Shown: piece by piece, positions 43,134-49,676 of the stretch
Layout of the letters: each line of letters opens with the position of its first letter
Position numbering within the stretch: position 1 is the first letter of the stretch
Assembly: GCA_964503935.1 (NCBI GenBank)
Contig: CAZDCJ010000002.1
Coordinates: 1 to 49,676, forward strand
DNA: 49,676 nt
Reading direction: 5' to 3'
Source of the DNA: an uncultured Candidatus Saccharibacteria bacterium
Lineage (GTDB): Bacteria; Patescibacteriota; Minisyncoccia; JAHIHE01; JAGLIN01
The notes under the pieces: generated by a model
What the model was told of the DNA's origin: nothing
Databases searched by the model: none
The model's input: the letters and a program-made list of their open reading frames with translations, nothing else
Program-made: the position numbers and the translations under genes

Positions 43134-44981
43134 TCATATCTCCCAATCGACCGGCAGGGTTCCTGTAAAAGGATAGTCGCCGAATAGGATATCCGATATT
43201 CCCTCCCCCTCGCTTCCGGGCAGCCATGCCGCCACGACCGCATCCCATCCCCGGGCATTCTCCTTAATATCGAGCGGCCGGCCAGAAACGATAACCACCA
43301 CCATACGCTCGCATCTCTCCCGCATCTTCCGGATCGTTTCCAGATCCTCGTAGGAAAGAGCCGGATGCGCGTTATCTCCCCACCCTTCCGCATAAGGCTT
43401 CTCTCCCACTACCGCGATACCGACTGCGAACTTTTCTCCCGGCAACAGTGCAAGTTCTCCCTTCTCACTGAATTCCACCTGAGTACCTCCCAACACCGCC
43501 TGTCTTACTCCTCCCAGGATACTTGTTCCCTCTATCGTCTTACCCTCGCCACCCTGCCAACCTATCGTCCATCCTCCCGCCTGCCGGCCCAGGTTATCTG
43601 CCGCCGATCCGCCTACCGCGAGGCGAGGCAAATCCTTTGAGAGTGGCAATATCCCCTCCGCGTCCTTAAGAAGCACCAAAGATCGGCGCACCGCTTCGCG
43701 AGCCAGTTCCCGATGTCCGGGAGACCCGATCAAGGAAATTTCCGGAAGAGTATCGGATGCTTCGAAGAGCCCCATCGCGAATTTTGCAAGAAGGACGCGC
43801 GAAACCGCTCCGTCGATACGGGAAGAAGTCATATTCCCGTCGCGAAGGGAAGCTTTCATGCAGGAAGCGAAACGCTCGTACTCATCGGGAACCATCACCA
43901 TATCCACTCCGGCATTTACCGCCATTATCCAGGATTCGCATTCGTCATCCGCAAGACCCGAGGCGCCGTACCAATCGCTTACCACAAACCCTACAAAATC
44001 CATCTCTCCTCTGAGGACATCGGTAAGCAGATAGCGGCTACCGGTAAGCTTTTCTCCGTTCCAGCTTCCCAGTCCTACCATTACGCTGCCCACTCCTGCA
44101 TCCACGGCGGCCGCGAAAGGCGGCAGCTGCTCCCGACGCAATTCTTCTTCGCTGATAAGAGAATTCCCCTGGTCGATGCCAAAAGATTCATTCGGCGAAC
44201 TTCCCCAAAGGGATGCCCCCGCTCCTATGAAATGCTTTACAGTGGCCATAGAATGTACTCCGGCATATCTGCTGCCTTGAAAGCCTCTGACATAAGCCGT
44301 GCCCAGGAGCGCCACCTTTTGCGGGTCCGAACCGAAAGTCTCGTAAGTACGCCCCCAGCGTACATCACCCACCACGTCCACCGACGGAAAAAAGTTCCAG
44401 TTGACCCCCACTGCTGCCGCTTCTTCCGCCGTCGCCGCAGCCACTTTGCCAACCAGCTCCGCATCATTAGCCGCCCCAAGACCGATCGCTTGGGGAAATA
44501 TCGTAGCCGAAGACAGATTACCGAAACCGTGCACAGCATCCGCCCCATAAAGGAGCGGAATGCCCAGACAGCTTTGATCCGCCTCCGCCCGGTATCCGGC
44601 CGTCATCTTCCGCCACCCCTCCGAAGTGTTATCTGAAGGATTGCTCCCTCCGCCGGAGAACAGCGCTCCCAGATGATATTTCTCGATATCATCCGAACGG
44701 GCGAGACTGCCTCTTTCCACAAGCATCATCTGTCCGATCTTCTCTTCCAAAGTCATGCGTGACAGAAGGTCTCTTACTCTTTCCTGCGGCGGCAGAGAAG
44801 GATCCTTGTATGGCAGGGTTTCGTCCCCGCAGCGCCGGCCCGCCGTCCAGGATGTACTATAGAATTCCGCGACCTGATCGGCCTCTCGCAACGCAAAAAA
44901 GAGCAGGCTTCCGCCAAAAAGCAAGAGTCCTATCAATATGATGATGACCATTACGCTCTGCGAGGACAAAAAAAGTCTCAT
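43134..44981 (-). CDS. Glycoside hydrolase family 3 (BglX-like), membrane-anchored
   Basis: LEEKIGQMM, GADAVHG, KHFIGAG and the nucleophile motif GFVVSDW. N-terminal TM helix. Confidence 0.9.
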   Translation of the reverse strand: MRLFLSSQSVMVIIILIGLLLFGGSLLFFALREADQVAEFYSTSWTAGRRCGDETLPYKDPSLPPQERVRDLLSRMTLEEKIGQMMLVERGSLARSDDIEKYHLGALFSGGGSNPSDNTSEGWRKMTAGYRAEADQSCLGIPLLYGADAVHGFGNLSSATIFPQAIGLGAANDAELVGKVAAATAEEAAAVGVNWNFFPSVDVVGDVRWGRTYETFGSDPQKVALLGTAYVRGFQGSRYAGVHSMATVKHFIGAGASLWGSSPNESFGIDQGNSLISEEELRREQLPPFAAAVDAGVGSVMVGLGSWNGEKLTGSRYLLTDVLRGEMDFVGFVVSDWYGASGLADDECESWIMAVNAGVDMVMVPDEYERFASCMKASLRDGNMTSSRIDGAVSRVLLAKFAMGLFEASDTLPEISLIGSPGHRELAREAVRRSLVLLKDAEGILPLSKDLPRLAVGGSAADNLGRQAGGWTIGWQGGEGKTIEGTSILGGVRQAVLGGTQVEFSEKGELALLPGEKFAVGIAVVGEKPYAEGWGDNAHPALSYEDLETIRKMRERCERMVVVIVSGRPLDIKENARGWDAVVAAWLPGSEGEGISDILFGDYPFTGTLPVDWEI

Positions 44982-45138
44982 AAATTTAAGCTAGGGATTA
45001 AGATCGTCGTGACGATAACGATACTGTGCCTTCCTGCTTTCCTATGAAACCTGCAGAATCTGCCCGATGCGTTTTCCAATGTGCCAAGAAACATCTTAGT
45101 CCTTCCATGATAGCTTGTTTTATGCTATATGGCAAACA

Positions 45139-45690
45139 TCAGGCATAAGTCTCTTTCAGTCTGCCAAGCATCTCATGGAGCTCCTCATGGCGTCCGATGC
45201 CTATCACTTCCGTCTCCAACCGCTCGAATTTTTCCTCCAATTCTCCGAGTTCCGCTTCCGACAGGAAATGCTCCGCCTGCGGAAACAGGATTCCGTTTTC
45301 CGTCGCGATGTGCTGGTCCAGAAGAGCGACGTATCTCTGCGAGTTCGAGATAAAGCCCTCGGCAAACTTCTTCTCGCTTTCATCTCTTTTTTCCGCCGCC
45401 TCCTCCATATTCTGGATGTATCCCCTTCCTTCAGCATGCTCCTTCGTGAGCAGATCCATCAGATCGGCTTCTTCCTTGATGCCGTTCTTCCTCATCATCG
45501 GAAAGAGCAGCTTTTCCTCCTTACCGTGATGGCATCTGTCGGCAAATTCCCGCAGGAATGCCAAAGCATTCCTGACATCCCCAGTCGGAACTTTCTTATC
45601 TCTCACGATCCTCTCATCCATGCCCTTGAGGACCGCAAGCATCATCCTTATGAGACTATGCTCATTTACCAGGTCTTTTATGGGATTCAT
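45139..45690 (-). CDS. Hemerythrin-like (HHE cation-binding) domain protein
   Basis: Repeated H/E ligand pattern: NEHSLI, CHHGKEEKLLFP, KEHAEGR, QHIATENGILFP. Confidence 0.8.
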   Translation of the reverse strand: MNPIKDLVNEHSLIRMMLAVLKGMDERIVRDKKVPTGDVRNALAFLREFADRCHHGKEEKLLFPMMRKNGIKEEADLMDLLTKEHAEGRGYIQNMEEAAEKRDESEKKFAEGFISNSQRYVALLDQHIATENGILFPQAEHFLSEAELGELEEKFERLETEVIGIGRHEELHEMLGRLKETYA

Positions 45691-45890
45691 AGATTTGATT
45701 TAAGGGTTATCCTCCTATTCTATGGGAGGATCCGAGGATTGTAAACCAGATATGCACACCCCCAAAAAACAGTCCTTATGATTATGCCCGACTGGAAGAT
45801 AAAGGACCGCAAGATGCGGTCCTTACGGTCCTTAGATATACGCGTTACTGTCCCGACGCAGATACATCATGAAACCCCATGGCTTTCGAG

Positions 45891-46322
45891 CTACGAAAGA
45901 CTATTCAGCAGCTTAAGAATAGATGGACCTGCCTTTCCCAGATAGGGACGGAGGTCATGTTTCCTCTGGAATCGGATAAGGGCCTGCCGGGTAGCCCTGC
46001 CGAAATAAGCCGTCTCGTGCCCGGGCGAACCGTATCCCAGACCGGCCAAGATAAAGCCGCTGCGATTGAGGAATATCTGCAGCTGCCTCACGTCTTCCCC
46101 GCTCATGCCCTCCCGAAGATATCTCGTAAAGATGAATTTGGAAACCGGAGTAAAAGGCGCCAGAACCTGTCCTGGCTGATCGCCCGCCAAGCCTATTCCT
46201 TTTTCCGCCCCAGGGGCCGCATCTGCCGGCACGGCGTCCGCGTCATTCCCATTATCCGATATCAGGCGGATATTACGGGAAACCGACCGGGAAGATTTTC
46301 CCCAGGCAGTATGGAATTTCAC
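45891..46322 (-). CDS. Peptidoglycan-binding-domain protein, possibly 5'-truncated
   Basis: PG_binding_1-like GEDVRQLQIFLNRSGF...GYFGRATRQALIRFQRKH. GTG start. The frame is open upstream (..KPDGDHTVHVKF..) but contains no start codon. Confidence 0.55.
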   Translation of the reverse strand: MKFHTAWGKSSRSVSRNIRLISDNGNDADAVPADAAPGAEKGIGLAGDQPGQVLAPFTPVSKFIFTRYLREGMSGEDVRQLQIFLNRSGFILAGLGYGSPGHETAYFGRATRQALIRFQRKHDLRPYLGKAGPSILKLLNSLS

Positions 46323-46608
46323 ATGAACTGTGTGATCGCCATCGGGCTTATCGGCGCTGCAGCCGCGAATCTCCGGCCAAAAGGAATGTCGCGCACGCTA
46401 TCCGCCATAGCAATCGCCCAGATATTAGTCCCTGTGCTCGCGTTCACCTATCGGAAGCCCGACTTTTCTCCCCGCGTCGCAGCCGTCTTCGGCCTGGACA
46501 TGTTCTTCATGGTGCTATGGATCATATCAGCTCTGATTTTCCGGAATGCCGGCGAGACGGCCAATGGATCCTCAAGAGAAAATCCGGCTTCCTGGTCCTG
46601 GCTTACCC

Positions 46609-46643
46609 AAATAAAAACACCCAGACGGCCTGGGTATCTTTTA
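46609..46643. terminator. Bidirectional intrinsic terminator
   Basis: acccag-acggc-ctgggt with an A-run before and a T-run after. Confidence 0.55.
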
Positions 46644-46703
46644 TGGTTCAGAACCAAGCACAATATTGAAACCCGTATCCAAAGAATCTGACATCGATTG
46701 GAA

Positions 46704-47012
46704 TCATCTCGGCTGAATGGATACGACGATAAGAACGAGTGCGGTTATTACGGCAAAACTTATGACGGTTCGCATAAAGAAGGATACGGCCTCCTTCTTC
46801 TTTCCATCCAGATAGAGCCAAAGAGGTTCGCCGAAAAAGAAATAGCCCATGACTGCTACGGAAAGCACGAACAGGGACAAGGCGGCGACGGGAGCAAAAA
46901 AGGTATCGGGCGTGTCCGGCGCGCCCATGTTTTGCATTATGAACACCACGACGACGATGTATATTTCGGCATAGATGCTGTTGATCTGAGGATTCTTAGA
47001 TAGCTTTTTCAT
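46704..47012 (-). CDS. Small membrane protein (3 predicted TM helices)
   Basis: 102-aa ORF with three hydrophobic stretches. Confidence 0.55.
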   Translation of the reverse strand: MKKLSKNPQINSIYAEIYIVVVVFIMQNMGAPDTPDTFFAPVAALSLFVLSVAVMGYFFFGEPLWLYLDGKKKEAVSFFMRTVISFAVITALVLIVVSIQPR

Positions 47013-47680
47013 ATGATTTATTATGGAATTAATGAAGGAATCTGACTTTGTCCGGTTTATTCTCCGACGGGACTATTTCTTCCATCATACGCCGGATAAG
47101 ACGAAAATGAAAACACCCGGAGATTCGGGTGGCTTTTGTGCTTCTTCGGAAAAAACCTGCCGTCCGCCTCCGCCTGCTCTCATTGCCGCCTCGGCAGAGG
47201 GACTTCCGTACGATACGAAGATATCCGACCATAAGGATCGGAAGGTCAGACCTCGATTTCATCCTCTCGGGGATAAAGTGACTATCCATCGATGCCTCCG
47301 ATTCACGGCACTGGCATCAGTCAGTTTCCAGCCAATGTTTCTACCGGTTCGCGACCGGCTGTCCCGGAAGATTACCGCGCCTACCATGTCTTAAGACTCG
47401 ATTAACCGGAAATCCGGAATGCCAGCACGTGTCTCCATATCGGCCTCTGGCACTACCGGCGACAAAGTTGAGCATTTATCAAAAATAAGATAAGATATAA
47501 GGCACGCTGCATATTCACTCCCATCGATTGATAGTTATGTTCTGCTTATCCGATTTAATGTGTCAGTATGCCTGTCTGTCGCCGAAAAACCTCTCTCCTA
47601 AGCCGGATCTGCCGCATCCAGAAAGTTGATTATGCAATTTATATCCTTATCGATATAAATCTAATAATTAACAGAAAAAT

Positions 47681-48232
47681 ATGACATACGATAATTTTCG
47701 GGCATTTTTGCTCATAAGAGGCATCGCGTTCCTTCTCTTCGGCTTCCTCGCGATCAGCTGGCCGGGAATGACGTTCGTGACTCTGGTCTTTATCTTTGCT
47801 CTTCTGATCCTCTTGTCAGGCGTATCCAATCTTCTCAGCGGACTTACGGACAAGAGTCGCGCCGACGGTTATCGCTGGCTGATAGTCGCAGCCGGCATCT
47901 TCGAGGTTATCGTGGGAATCTATGCTTTCAGTAATCCGGGCATAAGCCTGGCCGCCCTGATACTACTGATCGCATCGACCTTCATCATCCGCGGTATCCT
48001 GGAAATCGCCATCGCTTTTGGCGAAGGTTATAGCAGCTCGCACAGGGTGCTTCTCATAGCCGGCGGCTTGATCGGTATCATCGCGGGAATAGTGGTCTTC
48101 CGATATCCGGTTACGGCAGGTCTCGCATTCATCTGGGTGATGGGGATATATGCGCTACTTGCCGGTTCGATCTATATCATCATGTCGATAATGCCGAAGG
48201 GAAGCGCCGATGATACCATAAGCAAGACTTGA
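47681..48232 (+). CDS. HdeD/DUF308-family membrane protein
   Basis: Six hydrophobic helices. LIRGIAFLLFGFLAISWPG and GILEIAIAF are typical of DUF308. Confidence 0.75.
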   Translation: MTYDNFRAFLLIRGIAFLLFGFLAISWPGMTFVTLVFIFALLILLSGVSNLLSGLTDKSRADGYRWLIVAAGIFEVIVGIYAFSNPGISLAALILLIASTFIIRGILEIAIAFGEGYSSSHRVLLIAGGLIGIIAGIVVFRYPVTAGLAFIWVMGIYALLAGSIYIIMSIMPKGSADDTISKT

Positions 48233-48274
48233 ACGGCGACGCGATATCCCGATGTTATCTTGCGGAAAAAAGAC

Positions 48275-48305
48275 ATAGAAACAGCCCGCTTCGGGCTGTT
48301 TCTAT
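48275..48305. terminator. Hairpin terminator (13-bp stem)
   Basis: atagaaacagccc-gcttc-gggctgtttctat. The T-run is on the minus-strand side. Confidence 0.55.
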
Positions 48306-48486
48306 GGAACTTGATCTCAGCCGGAGCAGAAATTCGATGATATATGAAAAAGTAGCTCTTCAAGGCTGCTTTCTCATCTGCGCGGGGACTGGGACGATGT
48401 TGGAAGAGTTATTCGACGATAAAAAAGAGACAATGAGTCTGGATCGTTTCCAAAGTCATTGACTCTATCAAAGCATTAACTCTTAA

Positions 48487-48681
48487 TCATAGTTGAGGCA
48501 TTTTACCTGCCAGGAAATCATCATAGCTGACTTCCCTTCCTCTTGGACCGATACCTGTCGCTATAAGGGAACCCTTAGATAATCGAACTACTTTAATATC
48601 ATTCCTACGTTTACGTCCAGTAAAAGGCACATGCTCGATTTCGATTCTACCAGTACGTGAATATCGAAATTCCCCTTTCCG
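48487..48681 (-). pseudogene. Start-less ORF remnant
   Basis: Open frame RKGEFRYSRTGRIEIEHVPFTGRKRRNDIKVVRLSKGSLIATGIGPRGREVSYDDFLAGKMPQL with no ATG, GTG or TTG near its 5' end. Confidence 0.3.
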
Positions 48682-48751
48682 CTAACCCTCAACAAAAAAC
48701 AAGCACTCTTGTATAATTAAGGTTACTTGCAATAACCCTTAAGATACGATC

Positions 48752-48940
48752 ATGCTTGCTCTTAATAAAGAAGATATCACAAAATTGTTCGTCTGGCTAG
48801 ATGATAATCTGCCCAAAGTCAGATCCGTCTCAGTAGGAAGACCAAGCAGTCTCAAAGACAGTGAACTCCTTACATTACTTATATGGAACACCCTGAGTAA
48901 CAAAAACCCAATCATTTATATCATAAAGCTCATCCCGTAG
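48752..48940 (+). mobile_element. Truncated transposase N-terminal fragment (IS5/IS982-like N-terminus)
   Basis: LFVWLDDNLP......GRPSSLKDSELLTLLIW resembles the N-terminus of DDE transposases. No catalytic domain follows. Confidence 0.4.
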
Positions 48941-49183
48941 CCGTTTAGCCTTTTTTAAATCATCACGAATCTTTCTTTGGTAATCAACTTTAGTACGTGT
49001 CTTTGGCTTTTCAGGACAGTAAATCGCATATAAACGTTTCTGAGAAAGTATATAACCATCATTTCCTCCATCTCCTGAGCTATCATCAACAACTTGAAAA
49101 TCGCTCGGCTACTCAGCGGCTAAAAGCTGGTGGCAGAGATTTTGAAATAGATCTGGATTATTTATGTCTTTTATTTGTAACAT
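48875..49183 (-). pseudogene. Truncated gene with an in-frame TAG
   Basis: MLQIKDINNPDLFQNLCHQLLAAE, then TAG (49109-49111), then PSDFQVVDDSSGDGGNDGYILSQKRLYAIYCPEKPK... Its 3' end collides with the transposase fragment. Confidence 0.4.
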
Positions 49184-49544
49184 ATCATTATTTTATATGT
49201 ACATTTTATCATTTTTCCTTATAAATTGACATATTACTAGCCTGTAGTCTAATAACATCAAATAACAACCAATACATCTTAATCACTCTGTACTGCAGTT
49301 TTTTTTAAAAAGTTGCGATAATATCAGTACAATCCAACGCCACGAGTTGGTAAGGGATAAAATTATACCAATATCGCTTTGGTCGCAAGAGATTTCTCAA
49401 GCGCATGCGTAGTGATTGCTTACAAACTTACTTGGTTTATTAGCACACAACGTATGCGCTTTTTGTTTTATCCTAAGGCAATGGGATGCGAACCGGTCGG
49501 TTGCACAGAAATATTGCCGTTGAGTTCGATACCCGTTTCTATCA

Positions 49545-49574
49545 CAAAAACCACCAGATTTTACACTGGTGGTT
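49545..49574 (-). terminator. Intrinsic terminator downstream of tRNA-Gln
   Basis: Minus strand aaccaccag-tgtaaaat-ctggtggtt followed by TTTTGTG. Confidence 0.65.
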
Positions 49575-49623
49575 CTGACTTGCTTTAGCGACGCATAAGG
49601 GTCGCTTTCACAAAAATTGTCTG

Positions 49624-49676
49624 CTCGGGGATAGGGATTCGAACCCCAATAAACAGGACCAGAACCTGTTGTCCTA
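49624..49676 (-). tRNA. tRNA-Gln (anticodon CUG), 3' portion; the 5' part lies beyond the window
   Basis: Minus strand: anticodon stem-loop ACAGG-TTCTGGT-CCTGT, T-arm TGGGG-TTCGAAT-CCCTA, acceptor 3' strand TCCCCGA, discriminator G. Confidence 0.75.

Noticed and set aside
43713-44636. 307-aa plus-strand ORF
   Set aside because: It is antisense to the GH3 gene.
45879-46691. 270-aa plus-strand ORF whose 3' third looks like three TM helices
   Set aside because: Its 5' two-thirds is antisense to the PG-binding gene, and the ORF runs through the terminator hairpin at 46619-46635. It is kept only as a weak possibility for 46311-46691.
47013-47680. RNase P or SRP RNA
   Set aside because: Neither GAGGAAAGTCCGGGC-type nor GGAAGGAAGCAGC-type conserved cores are present on either strand.
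1-49676. CRISPR arrays, rRNA genes, a diversity-generating retroelement, intact IS elements, toxin-antitoxin pairs
   Set aside because: No regularly spaced direct repeats, rRNA signatures, reverse-transcriptase motifs or complete transposase ORFs were found on either strand. The only periodic repeat is the intragenic 495-nt duplication.

Overview
This is a ~49.7 kb chromosomal fragment. Most genes are on the minus strand, and it uses the standard genetic code: TGA, TAG and TAA all end conserved genes, and there are ATGA start/stop overlaps. The gene content suggests an uncultivated anaerobe, possibly Patescibacteria/CPR-like. That placement is an inference from a T4SS-pilin-like gene, the many orphan genes and the 'gtcattgcgag'-type intergenic repeats.

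The conserved backbone is: GT2 glycosyltransferase, recO, ileS, GT4, smpB plus tmRNA, infC-rpmI-rplT, a D-Ala-D-Ala carboxypeptidase, scpA and scpB, desulfoferrodoxin, mutM, a CNNM/CBS transporter, a PNAG-like GT2 plus deacetylase module, cupin, NUDIX, SanA-like, malic enzyme, ABC-F, GH3, hemerythrin-like, HdeD-like, and a partial tRNA-Gln at the 3' edge. Visibly AT-richer blocks of orphan genes sit between these at ~7.0-8.9 kb, 15.9-19.8 kb, 36.2-36.8 kb, 38.8-43.1 kb and 48.4-49.3 kb.

The observations most worth follow-up:
- A complete histidine-phosphatase domain is inserted between the two Cys knuckles of IleRS.
- An AT-rich, HEPN-like (RNRFIH) domain is fused in frame to the N-terminus of malic enzyme and is flanked by MITE-like repeats.
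- Four accessory genes are interrupted by single in-frame stops (3 TAG, 1 TGA, plus a homopolymer frameshift).
- A dispersed hairpin/MITE repeat family is present; one copy splits a conserved promoter-proximal palindrome.
- An island of separately transcribed small genes includes winged-helix-like paralogs.

No CRISPR array, rRNA or intact transposase was seen.
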